A stretch of 64,000 bases of DNA. It comes from Bacilli bacterium (GTDB lineage: Bacteria; Bacillota_I; Bacilli_A; RF39; UBA660). Under the pieces are notes generated by a model that was given only the letters and a program-made list of their open reading frames with translations, did not search any database and had not been told where the DNA came from. The DNA is taken from NCBI GenBank assembly GCA_017622175.1, contig JAGARQ010000027.1:6416-70415 (forward strand). The letters run 5' to 3'. Below, in pieces: positions 35,798 to 45,059 of the stretch. How positions within the stretch are numbered: position 1 is the stretch's first letter; every line of letters begins with the position of its first letter. The position numbers were made by a program, and so were the translations under genes.

Positions 35798-37551
35798 AAT
35801 GATTTTGAATCAATTTCTTCTTTTAACATTTTTAAGAATTCTTCTTTTGGAAGTGTTGTTGTATCTTTTTCTCCATGTAGACGATATGAAATTGTATTAT
35901 TTTCTTTTTCAGCATCTCCTAAGATTAAAGTGTATGGTACCTTTTGAGTTTGTGCTTCACGTAAACGATATCCTAATTTTTCATTACGATCATCTAATTC
36001 AACACGAATACCATTTTCTGCTAAATAATCTTTAATTTCTTTTCCATAGTCTCCTTGGAATTCAGCATTAACTGGAATTACTTTAACTTGTACTGGAGAT
36101 AACCAAGTTGGGAAACGTCCTTTTGTTTCTTCAATAATGAAAGCTGTGAATCTATCGAATGTTCCGAAGATTGCTCTATGAAGAACTACTGGAGTTTCTT
36201 TTTCTCCCTTACTATTAATGTATGATAATTCAAATCTTCTTGGTAATAAGAAATCTAATTGACATGTTGATAATGTTACTTCTGGTCCTACTGCTGGTTT
36301 AACTTCTACATCTAGTTTTGGTCCATAGAAAGCAGCTTCTCCAATTGCTTCAAAGTATTCAACTCCTAAGTCGTTTAAAACTTCTCTTAGTTTAGCTTCT
36401 GCTGCATTCCACATTTCATCATCATCAAAATATTTTTCTTTATCCTCTGGGTCTCTTAAAGATAAACGGAATTTATAATTTTTAAGACCAAAGTCACGAT
36501 ATACATCTAAGATTAAGCTAACTACTTTTTTGAATTCTTCTCCAATTTGTTCTGGAGTTACAAATAGATGAGCATCATTTTGACACATGCATCTAACTCT
36601 TTCTAAACCTTTAACTGCACCACTTGCTTCGTAACGGAAGTCTGTTGCAAATTCACCAATTCTTACAGGTAAATCTCTATATGAATGCATTTTATTTTTA
36701 AAGATTAACATGTGGTGTGGACAGTTCATTGGACGAAGTACGAATTCTTCTTCATCAACTTTCATCATTGGGAACATATTTTCTTTATAGTGATCCCAGT
36801 GTCCTGATGTTTTATATAAATCTACTGTTCCTACACAAGGTGTATAAACATGGTCATATCCTAGTTTTTGTTCTTTTTCATAGATGTAGTTTTCTAATTG
36901 TTTTCTAATGATTGAACCATTTGGTAACCATAGTGGCATTCCAGCTCCAACTAATTCATGGTTCATATATAGTTCTTGTTCTTTACCAATCTTTCTATGG
37001 TCTCTTTCTTTTGCTTCTTCTAATTCTGCTAAGTGTGCATTTAAATCTTCTTCATTTTCGAAACAAACTCCGTAAATACGTTGAAGCATTTTATTCTTAG
37101 CATCACCCTTCCAGTAAGCACCACTGAATTTAATAAGTTTGAAGAATTTTAATTCTTTAACAGTTTCTAGGTGTGGTCCACGACAAAGGTCAGTGAAATC
37201 TCCTTGAGTGTAGCAACTAATAGTTGTTTCTTCTTCATCCATTCTACTAATTAAATCTATTTTGTATGGATCATTTGCAAATTTTGCTAAAGCTTCTTCT
37301 TTTGAAATTTCTTCACGTACAATTCTTTTGCCATCTTTAGCAATTTTTTTCATTTCTTTTTCTATTTTTTCAAGAGCTTCTTCTGTTAAAGTTTCATCTC
37401 CTAAATCAATATCGTAATAGAATCCTTCTTCAATTACTGGTCCTACCCAAAATAATGCATTTGGATAGATATGTTTTACTGCTTGGGCAAGTAAATGTGC
37501 ACAAGAGTGATTCATTATACTTAAATGTTCATTTTCTTTAATGTTTATCAT
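35788..37551 (-). CDS. thrS: Threonyl-tRNA synthetase lacking the N-terminal TGS domain
   Basis: HSCAHLLAQAVKHIYP...GPVIEEGFYYD (editing domain) and DHRKIGKEQELY. The start is reset to MINIKENE (ATG 37549-37551, GGGAGG RBS), because the track extension overlaps the T-box terminator. Confidence 0.9.
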   Translation of the reverse strand: MINIKENEHLSIMNHSCAHLLAQAVKHIYPNALFWVGPVIEEGFYYDIDLGDETLTEEALEKIEKEMKKIAKDGKRIVREEISKEEALAKFANDPYKIDLISRMDEEETTISCYTQGDFTDLCRGPHLETVKELKFFKLIKFSGAYWKGDAKNKMLQRIYGVCFENEEDLNAHLAELEEAKERDHRKIGKEQELYMNHELVGAGMPLWLPNGSIIRKQLENYIYEKEQKLGYDHVYTPCVGTVDLYKTSGHWDHYKENMFPMMKVDEEEFVLRPMNCPHHMLIFKNKMHSYRDLPVRIGEFATDFRYEASGAVKGLERVRCMCQNDAHLFVTPEQIGEEFKKVVSLILDVYRDFGLKNYKFRLSLRDPEDKEKYFDDDEMWNAAEAKLREVLNDLGVEYFEAIGEAAFYGPKLDVEVKPAVGPEVTLSTCQLDFLLPRRFELSYINSKGEKETPVVLHRAIFGTFDRFTAFIIEETKGRFPTWLSPVQVKVIPVNAEFQGDYGKEIKDYLAENGIRVELDDRNEKLGYRLREAQTQKVPYTLILGDAEKENNTISYRLHGEKDTTTLPKEEFLKMLKEEIDSKSLRK

Positions 37552-37576
37552 TTTATTTCCTCCCTTATATATAAAC

Positions 37577-37745
37577 AAAAAAAGGATAGTACAGGAGTGC
37601 ATATGCACGGTACCATCCTTTGTTTATCTTAATCTAATAACGACTTTATCAGCCGGAATTACTTTGCATAATTCTACTCGAAAGGTAGTAATAAATTAAA
37701 TGTTTATTCGTTTACACCTACCACGAACTCTCTTTAAAACTTAGA
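37577..37745 (-). promoter_or_regulatory. T-box riboswitch leader, Thr (ACU) specifier
   Basis: The minus strand has AGAGAG at the Stem I base and the specifier context UUAUU-ACU-A-CCUUUCGAG (ACU at 37687-37689). The T-box sequence is AAAGGATGGTACCGTG (37606-37621). The terminator is GGATGGTAC...GTACTATCC followed by T7. Confidence 0.8.
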
Positions 37746-37825
37746 TAATTTATCGTATCCTTTGTCAATGTATTTATTTCATGTATGGATTAACTATACC
37801 ACTAATTTATTTTTTTTGCAACTTT

Positions 37826-38644
37826 TTATCTTGAATACCAACTATATGGTACAGGCATTAGACTGTCTAAACCTTTAAATCCTTGAAGTACTCTTCTTCT
37901 ACCATAACTTAGATATCTACCAATATCAGCGCAATGGTCATCTCCGTATAAATTACAATCCATTACAGTTAGATGTAGATGTACGCCTGTAGATAGTCCA
38001 GTTGATCCCATTCCACCTATTACAGTGTCTGTTGTTACTGTTTGACCTACATATATACCTTGAGCAAACCAAGAAAGATGTGCATATTGTGACGTATAAT
38101 ATACTCCATCTATGTAATGATTGATTGTTATAATTTTAGCACCATAAGCATCATAATAGATTGATGAAATTACCCCCACTGCAACTGGATAAATTCTTTC
38201 ATTGGTCCCTCGTGGACTAGTAATATCTAAAGCAATATGATTGTAGTGCGCATATTGTGTAATATAACCTTGTTCTGTTGGTAGTCTCCAAGTTGGTTTT
38301 GTCGGTTTTGCTACTGGTGTTACCGCAGGTGATGTTTCTACAACAGGTTGTTTTATTTCTGTTGATGGTTCCTTTTCTTCAACTAAACTCACTTCTTTTA
38401 TTGAGCTATTTTTTTCTAAAGCAGAAACTATTGTACTAAAAATATTATCTTTACCTGCTTTTTTCAATGAAACTTTAGCAATTCCCATTGTTTTTATATC
38501 AATGGTTTCATATGTTAAAGTAAAATCTTTTGATGAAAGATTTGTATTTCTTACTATAAATAGGCCGATTGCTGTAATTAATAACAACATTGAAATTGAT
38601 AATATAATTTTACCCCTTCTGATGTATTTATCATCAGGATTCAT
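37826..38644 (-). CDS. M23 (LytM-type) peptidase with an N-terminal membrane anchor
   Basis: GSTGLSTGVHLHLTV (HxH). The start is reset to MNPDDKY (AAGGAG RBS 8 nt upstream). Confidence 0.75.
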   Translation of the reverse strand: MNPDDKYIRRGKIILSISMLLLITAIGLFIVRNTNLSSKDFTLTYETIDIKTMGIAKVSLKKAGKDNIFSTIVSALEKNSSIKEVSLVEEKEPSTEIKQPVVETSPAVTPVAKPTKPTWRLPTEQGYITQYAHYNHIALDITSPRGTNERIYPVAVGVISSIYYDAYGAKIITINHYIDGVYYTSQYAHLSWFAQGIYVGQTVTTDTVIGGMGSTGLSTGVHLHLTVMDCNLYGDDHCADIGRYLSYGRRRVLQGFKGLDSLMPVPYSWYSR

Positions 38645-38704
38645 TATAATCACTCCTTCAAGTGTTACTTATTATAGTCATTTTTATTAATTTGTCAAAT
38701 CTCA

Positions 38705-38734
38705 AAGAAAAAAGAAACTAATTATTTAGTTTCT
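38705..38734 (-). terminator. dnaI terminator
   Basis: A 9-bp stem AGAAACTAA/TTAGTTTCT followed by a T-run. It overlaps the stop codon. Confidence 0.6.
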
Positions 38735-39631
38735 TCTATTTTTACTTATTAATTCCAATGGTGTAGTTAATTGTTTAATTCGTTCGATAATTCTTCTGGC
38801 TTTTACTTTATCTACTCCACTTGATGTCATGGCTAGAGAATTTTCTAGTTCATCAAGAGTTAAGTTTGATGTAAAAAATGTTGGTAAATGATTTTCCATG
38901 CGATATTGAAGAATTGGTCCTAGTACTTCATCACGTGACCAATTGCTACAATTTTCTGCACCTATGTCATCAAATAAAAGTAATGGTACTTTTTTTATGT
39001 AGTTAAATTGTTCATCATAGTTTGTTTGAAATGATGCTTTTAAACTTCTTAAAAACTCTGGATAGTATATCAATACGCTGCGAACACCTTTTTTTGCTAA
39101 TTCATTAAATAAAGCTGCAACTAAATATGTTTTTCCAGAACCAAATGAACCATTTAAATATATACCTTTTGGTTTATCTTCTTTATCATAATTATCAATA
39201 AACTCTTTAAAGTATTTTACTATTGGAACTCTGGCTTTATCATCTTTATACATATCTTTAAATGAAGCATTCTTTATATCTTTTGGCATTTCTAATAATT
39301 CAAGATTTTTCTGATATGCTGTTTTAGCATCTTCTTCTTGTTGGTACTTACAAATAACATATGAAAATTCAATCATTTTTTCTTTAGCAGTTGGTGTATA
39401 TGCATAACCAGGCACTTTATTTTTACATGTATCTAGCCCTTTACATTTTATACAATTTTTACATTCAGAAAATGTTTCTTCTAAACGAGAAGTATATTTC
39501 ATTAATGTATCTTCGCTTGCATTTAAATTATATACATACGCTTTAAAGTCACTGTCACTACAAGCATCTTGAAATGAATGTTTTAAAGATACCTCATCAA
39601 CATTGTTTATAATGTCATTTACGTTTTGCAT
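38726..39631 (-). CDS. dnaI: Primosomal helicase loader DnaI
   Basis: An N-terminal Cys cluster (CKNCIKCKGLDTCKN), Walker A GSFGSGKTYL and Walker B LLLFDDIGAE. Synteny with thrS matches Bacillus. Confidence 0.75.
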   Translation of the reverse strand: MQNVNDIINNVDEVSLKHSFQDACSDSDFKAYVYNLNASEDTLMKYTSRLEETFSECKNCIKCKGLDTCKNKVPGYAYTPTAKEKMIEFSYVICKYQQEEDAKTAYQKNLELLEMPKDIKNASFKDMYKDDKARVPIVKYFKEFIDNYDKEDKPKGIYLNGSFGSGKTYLVAALFNELAKKGVRSVLIYYPEFLRSLKASFQTNYDEQFNYIKKVPLLLFDDIGAENCSNWSRDEVLGPILQYRMENHLPTFFTSNLTLDELENSLAMTSSGVDKVKARRIIERIKQLTTPLELISKNRRN

Positions 39632-39693
39632 ACTACCACCACCATCATCTTTATTTTATCGAATATACAATTAAAAGTCTAGTTTGTTTTTGA

Positions 39694-40206
39694 TTACTTT
39701 TTTGTAAATTGTTTAGGTCTAAACATTAGAGGTTGATAAATCATCGTAATAAATTCTGTTTGAAGTGTCATTCCAGTTTTATTATTTCTAGTATAAATAC
39801 CATTACCACAAGGAGAAAAGCAAACTCCATATGTTTTATTTGGTCTTGTAAATTTCTTATCTAATTCTTTAGTACACCATACATCAAAATTTTCGCCAAC
39901 TTTTTCAATGTGAAGACAACTTACTGAGTCAACTGACCATTCATCTTCTGGGTCGTAATAACAGTCACTGTACCAAATCAATGAAGAATCATTTTTCGAA
40001 CTTTGTAATAAACAATCTTGGAAGCTATATTCTTGACTCATAAAATCACTAAGTAAACTATGTAGTTCCATATCTTTAGTAATTGTTAACTTTTTATCTG
40101 ATTCAAAAAACCATATACAATCATCTGTTTTAAAATCTATATACATTATTTCATTATCTTCATCATCATAAAAACAAACTTTTTTATTTTTTATTTCTTT
40201 TCTCAT
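39694..40206 (-). CDS. 170-aa Cys/Trp-rich protein, unknown function
   Basis: An ORF 3 nt downstream of the YhcG pseudogene, with no recognisable motif. Confidence 0.45.
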   Translation of the reverse strand: MRKEIKNKKVCFYDDEDNEIMYIDFKTDDCIWFFESDKKLTITKDMELHSLLSDFMSQEYSFQDCLLQSSKNDSSLIWYSDCYYDPEDEWSVDSVSCLHIEKVGENFDVWCTKELDKKFTRPNKTYGVCFSPCGNGIYTRNNKTGMTLQTEFITMIYQPLMFRPKQFTKK

Positions 40207-40209
40207 AAG

Positions 40210-41109
40210 TCACCTCTTCAATTGATTGTTATTATAACATATAATTTTATATTCTTTTGCAAAAATTCGTTTATCACTACAATATTCAATAATATATCTA
40301 TTATTTTTTCGACATATAATTATACCTATGGTTTGATTTTCTTCTAATGTTTTAATATTTTTATCTATATAATTCATATAAGTTTCAATTTGTCCTATAT
40401 GTTCCTTCTTTAACTCTGTGATTTTTAATTCTATCACTATATAACATTTAAATTTGATATTGTATAGTAATAAATCAATATAGTTATATCTATCACCTAA
40501 CTTTATTTTATATTCGTTTTCAACAAACGAAAAACCATTACCTAATTCTTTTAAAAAAGATGTAATATCTTCTAGTATGAATTTTTGTAATATTTTTTCC
40601 GATATATTTAAGTTGTCACAATCGTTTTTAATTAAAATTGGGTTTTTAATATAATCATCAATTTTTAAATTGTTTTCTAAATCTTTCTTACTGTCTTCTG
40701 GTAATCTTTCATACTCTTTATTTTTTATAATCTTTCTTAGTTCTCTAACAGATAAATTTCTAGATTGTGCTGCATATATATAATAATTCATCTCTTCTTT
40801 TTTCATCCATATTACTTCGCAATAATGAGAATAAGTTAATTTGTCCGACATTGTCGGACATTTTGAAAATACTTCATAAAATCTTCTAAAGTATCTTAAT
40901 CTAGATGGCGTGTATCCTTTTCCAAATTCTTTAGTTAATTTTATTGAATATTCTTGTATAATTCCTTCTCCATAATGTTTACCAGCATCTACAAGAATTT
41001 TCCCTACATCATAATATGCATTTAGGTCACTTATGTTTTTACTGTAATCTTTTATTTTTTTGTTGTTTCGTTATCTATAATTGTTTGTTTAATCTTATTG
41101 TAATAATCT
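40210..41109 (-). pseudogene. Frameshifted YhcG/DUF1016-type PD-(D/E)xK nuclease gene
   Basis: The 213-aa ORF (40210-40851) aligns with residues ~98-302 of the intact paralogue at 52784-53692. The N-terminal ~85 codons are recognisable upstream (DYYNKIKQTIIDNETTKK / IKDYSKNISDLNAYYDVGKILVDAGKHYGEG...) but are broken at an A7 run (T7 at 41055-41061 on the plus strand) and again right after the ATG at 41107-41109. Confidence 0.7.
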
Positions 41110-41123
41110 ATTGAATCATCTCC

Positions 41124-43160
41124 TTAAGTTATTTTTAAAGTGTTTAAATTAATAGTAATAGTTCCCGACTCAGAGGTAAGATAATAATTAATATTATATT
41201 TTTCTAAGTTGTTTATAACAAACCGATGTGGATGACCAAATTTATTATCTTCTCCGCAAGAAATTAAAGCTAATTTTGGTTTTATATTTTGTAAAAATTT
41301 TTCTCCTGTTGATGTCTTAGAACCATGATGTCCTACTTTTAGAATATCTATTTTCGGCAAATTATATTTTTTTATAAGATTCAATTCACTTTCAATTGAA
41401 GCATCTCCTGTTAGTAAAATATTAACATTACCGTCTGTTGCATAATATATTTGACTTCCAGTATTTTCATCTTGATATTCTTTATTAAGTTGAATTAATT
41501 GGATTTTTCCACAAGATATTTGTAACCCTTCATATCCTTTTTTTGTATCCTTTCTTTTTTCTATTAATTCTTTTTCTAAATAATTTATTTCTCCTAAATT
41601 AATAATTATATTCTCTACTTTGAAATTATCTATTAAGTATTTTGCTTCTCCCATATGATCAGCATCTCCATGAGTTAAAATTAAGTATTTTAATTTTTTA
41701 ATACCTAAACTTTTTAATAAAGGTACAGTGGTGTTTAATACAATCTTTGACTTATCTTCTTCTCCATAATTTAAAACACCACCAGTATCAATTAAAATTG
41801 ATTCGTTATTTGAATGTATTAAAATAGAATCTCCTTGCCCTACATCTATCATTTTTATATATGTGGATCTTGTGAAGGTTGGATATATGTAATGAAGTAA
41901 TAATAATACTATTAATATTATTAATGGTTTTATATTTTTGTTTTTTAGTTTTATGAAAACTAAAATTATTATTAATAAATATATAATATAAATAATAGAT
42001 GTTGTTTTGAAGAATATTAGTTTTCCAATTGATATTTTTGCAGCAAACAGCGATAGTTTTTCTAGTATAAATATTAAAATATTATATATTGGAAGTAATT
42101 GTTTAATAAATAAAGTTATTAAAGATAATGGAAAAATTATAATACTTACGTATGGAACAAAGAATAAATTATAAATAATACTCATTAAATTAATTTGATA
42201 ATAATTAGATAAAGAAATGGGGATACTAATTAAAAATGAAATAGTTGATGTTTTTAATAGTTTTAGGAGGTAATTTCCTGTTATTAGATTTGTTGTTAAT
42301 ATTAGGGTAATACTAATTAAAAATGAATACTGAAAACCTATATCATAAATAAAGTATGGATTAATTAATAAAGTAATTGATAATACTAATATAAATATAT
42401 TTTGTGGTTTTATATAAAAATAATAAATTTTATTAATTGAAAATAAAATAAAGAATAGTACTCCTCTTAATGCTGATGGAGATAAACCAATTAATGATAA
42501 GTAAAGTATTAATAGTAATGAGGTTATTATGTATCTTTTGGTTTCTTTTATTTTGAATTTTTTTAATATTTTTAAGATTATTGATGATAATAAAGTTATA
42601 TGCATACCACTTATAGCAAGTAAATGACTTATTCCGTTTTCTTGGCATGACCTTATTACATCTTGTTTTATATCTGATTTATCTCCTAAAATGAATGCTT
42701 TTAAATATGGAGAATCTTTTGTTTTATCTAATACTAATTGTTTTAATTTATAATAAAGATTTTTATTTGATTTGAGTTTAGTAATATTTGATGCGGTTAA
42801 TTGATAAAATATATTTTTGTTATATAAGTATTTTTTATAGTTAAATAAATTTTTAGTAGTATTAGCTTTTGGTTTTTGTAGTTCTCCAATTACTTTTATT
42901 GTGTCACCTAAGTTTATATTTATATTATTTTGATTTTTTAAGTAATAGTAGACTATTACTTTTTCTTTTGTTGATAGTATAATTTTTAATGAGTTGTTTG
43001 AATATGTGTATGAAGTTACTTTTCCTGATATAGTTTTTGTATTTTCATTGTAAACACTATTTTTGGGAATTATTAATCTAGGTATAGATATTAATATAAC
43101 TAATATTAAAAATAAATAATATGGATAATTATAAAGTAATATAGTCCTTAATTTTAGCAA
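41124..43160 (-). CDS. comEC: DNA internalisation competence protein ComEC/Rec2
   Basis: A polytopic membrane domain plus a C-terminal metallo-beta-lactamase domain (VGQGDSILI, THGDADHMG, VGHHGS). Confidence 0.85.
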   Translation of the reverse strand: MLKLRTILLYNYPYYLFLILVILISIPRLIIPKNSVYNENTKTISGKVTSYTYSNNSLKIILSTKEKVIVYYYLKNQNNININLGDTIKVIGELQKPKANTTKNLFNYKKYLYNKNIFYQLTASNITKLKSNKNLYYKLKQLVLDKTKDSPYLKAFILGDKSDIKQDVIRSCQENGISHLLAISGMHITLLSSIILKILKKFKIKETKRYIITSLLLILYLSLIGLSPSALRGVLFFILFSINKIYYFYIKPQNIFILVLSITLLINPYFIYDIGFQYSFLISITLILTTNLITGNYLLKLLKTSTISFLISIPISLSNYYQINLMSIIYNLFFVPYVSIIIFPLSLITLFIKQLLPIYNILIFILEKLSLFAAKISIGKLIFFKTTSIIYIIYLLIIILVFIKLKNKNIKPLIILIVLLLLHYIYPTFTRSTYIKMIDVGQGDSILIHSNNESILIDTGGVLNYGEEDKSKIVLNTTVPLLKSLGIKKLKYLILTHGDADHMGEAKYLIDNFKVENIIINLGEINYLEKELIEKRKDTKKGYEGLQISCGKIQLIQLNKEYQDENTGSQIYYATDGNVNILLTGDASIESELNLIKKYNLPKIDILKVGHHGSKTSTGEKFLQNIKPKLALISCGEDNKFGHPHRFVINNLEKYNINYYLTSESGTITINLNTLKIT

Positions 43161-43743
43161 ATAATGATTCTCCTATTCCAGAGACATTTTTTATATCTTC
43201 AATAGATTGAAATGGTCCAGATGAATTACGATAATTTATGATATCTTGAGCTTTAGCTTCTCCTACTCCTGGTAAAGTTTGTAATTGCTCTAGAGTGGCA
43301 TTGTTTATAGATACTTTAGAAGAAGTTGTTGTTTCATCCGTGATACAAGCATCATTTTTTAAAGCATTATTGTCTGGTTTAATGCAATTTTGTTGTACCT
43401 GTTGTTCTATTTCTTTTGTTTTAGAAAAGTTAGCTACTTGTTCATTACTATAAATTATTATAACCATTTCATCGGTAATTTTCTTACTAAGATTAATGAC
43501 TGTTGTATTAGCATTTTGTGTGAGACCACCAGCTTTTTCTATTACGTCAATTACTCTTGATGTTGATGTTAATGAATATATGCCTGGATTTATAATTTCT
43601 CCTTTGATATCTACTTTTAATAATTCCATCGCTTGAGGTTCTTCCTTGTCTTCTTTTTTTGTTACTAATAATTCTTTTTTCTCCTCCTTTTTCTTTGGTT
43701 TATAGTTCAATATGAATATTGAACTTAAACCAGTTAGTAACAA
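43129..43743 (-). CDS. comEA: Competence protein ComEA (SLBB plus helix-hairpin-helix DNA-binding)
   Basis: INNATLEQLQTLPGVGEAKAQDIINYR...IEDIKNVSGIGESLFAKI. The 5' end is uncertain: the frame stays open to ~43797 and the membrane anchor needs that extension (see findings). Confidence 0.75.
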   Translation of the reverse strand: MLLTGLSSIFILNYKPKKKEEKKELLVTKKEDKEEPQAMELLKVDIKGEIINPGIYSLTSTSRVIDVIEKAGGLTQNANTTVINLSKKITDEMVIIIYSNEQVANFSKTKEIEQQVQQNCIKPDNNALKNDACITDETTTSSKVSINNATLEQLQTLPGVGEAKAQDIINYRNSSGPFQSIEDIKNVSGIGESLFAKIKDYITL

Positions 43744-43853
43744 AAGTGTTACTATCCCTAATATTATTTGTTTTCTATAACGATATTTGAATGTTATGAA
43801 ATCACCTCCTATAAGTATTATTCGAAAAAAAAAGAAAAGTTTTACTCTTTTCT

Positions 43854-44984
43854 TTAATTTTGATGATTTTTTTTATATTGTTTTGGAGCTGAGATGACGG
43901 TACTATCTTTAGGTGGTATAACTTCATCTCCAATATGTATTCCTTTTTCAATTGCAACTAAAAGTATATCTTCCAGGGTTGTTAGTGGTAGTCCTTGAAT
44001 TTGAGCAGCGGCACTTTGACTATTTCCACCACCGCCAATATATTCCATAACTTTTCCTACATCTAGTCTTCCTCTACTTCTTGCACTTACTTTAATTGTT
44101 TCACAATCAATATGTCCCATTGCAAATTCTGCTTCAATTCGATATTGCATCATTCGGTCTGCGGCTTTTGCAATTGCTTCTCTATTATATATAGTTAATG
44201 GTTTTTCTCTATTTAGGGTAAATCCAATAGTGTAGTTATTGAAAGCATCATAGGCATAAGCCTTTAAGACTGTTCCGTTAAAAACTAAATCACTTATTAC
44301 TTTATCTTCATCAAAGTCAGCAAGAAATAATTCTTTTACTGCAAAAGTGTCTGCTCCTTTAGCACATAATTTATGGGTAATATCGTGGGTTTTTTCACCT
44401 ACGTTTTTATCAAATCTATTAGTATCTAGATATATTCCACCATATAAGTATGTATAAATATCTTTATCACATTCTACTTTTGCTTGTAATAATAATTGAG
44501 CAACTATTTCTGATGCAGAAGATACTTTTACTTTTGGAGTTTGATCATTTTCTTCTTTACTTTGTGGAATATACATTGAGGCATTTTTGATAGTATTTTC
44601 GCCAGTTCCATGATGATCTATAATAATTATTTGACTAAAATCATCTAGGTAATCTTTTACAGCAACTCTATCTGATTTATTAGTATCTGTTACTATTAAA
44701 GTTGATTCATTATCATGTAATAATTCAAATCCACTCATATCAATTATATTATGTTTAGTAGCATTATCATCTCTTAACTTTTTTACAATTGGTTCCATTG
44801 TTGCTTCTGGTTCGTCTAAAATAATATAAGCTGTTTTTCCTAAACTTTCACATAATGCTTGTAGACCAATTGCGGATGCTAATGAATCAAGATCTGATTT
44901 ATCATGTCCTACAATAAACACTTTATCTGAAGACTCACTTATTACTCTAAGTAAATCTTTTATACTTTTTAATTCTTCGTTCAC
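43854..44984 (-). CDS. DHH/DHHA1 family phosphoesterase
   Basis: GHDKSDLDSLAS, VTDTN, IIIDHHGTG and a C-terminal GGGGNSQSAAA (the GGGH-like DHHA1 motif with Asn in place of His). Confidence 0.7.
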   Translation of the reverse strand: MNEELKSIKDLLRVISESSDKVFIVGHDKSDLDSLASAIGLQALCESLGKTAYIILDEPEATMEPIVKKLRDDNATKHNIIDMSGFELLHDNESTLIVTDTNKSDRVAVKDYLDDFSQIIIIDHHGTGENTIKNASMYIPQSKEENDQTPKVKVSSASEIVAQLLLQAKVECDKDIYTYLYGGIYLDTNRFDKNVGEKTHDITHKLCAKGADTFAVKELFLADFDEDKVISDLVFNGTVLKAYAYDAFNNYTIGFTLNREKPLTIYNREAIAKAADRMMQYRIEAEFAMGHIDCETIKVSARSRGRLDVGKVMEYIGGGGNSQSAAAQIQGLPLTTLEDILLVAIEKGIHIGDEVIPPKDSTVISAPKQYKKNHQN

Positions 44985-45032
44985 TACTTTCTCCTCTTTT
45001 CATGTAGAAGTAGATTTATCATAGCATATATA

Positions 45033-45058
45033 TAAAAAAAAGACAAATTCATGTCTTT
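45033..45058 (-). terminator. Terminator after the SEDS gene (bidirectional-looking)
   Basis: AAGACA-6 nt-TGTCTT, flanked by A- and T-runs. Confidence 0.5.
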
Positions 45059-45059
45059 T

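Noticed and set aside
37552-37608. The N-terminal extension of thrS in the track (MHMHSCTILFLFIYKGGNK).
   Set aside because: It overlaps the T-box terminator and T-run. A GGGAGG RBS precedes the internal ATG at 37549-37551.
42433-42648. Same-strand nested ORFs: 42433-42648 inside comEC, 45085-45267 inside the SEDS gene and 22575-22775 inside the 1364-aa gene.
   Set aside because: They are alternative frames of confidently called genes. They have no independent start signals, and their translations look random.
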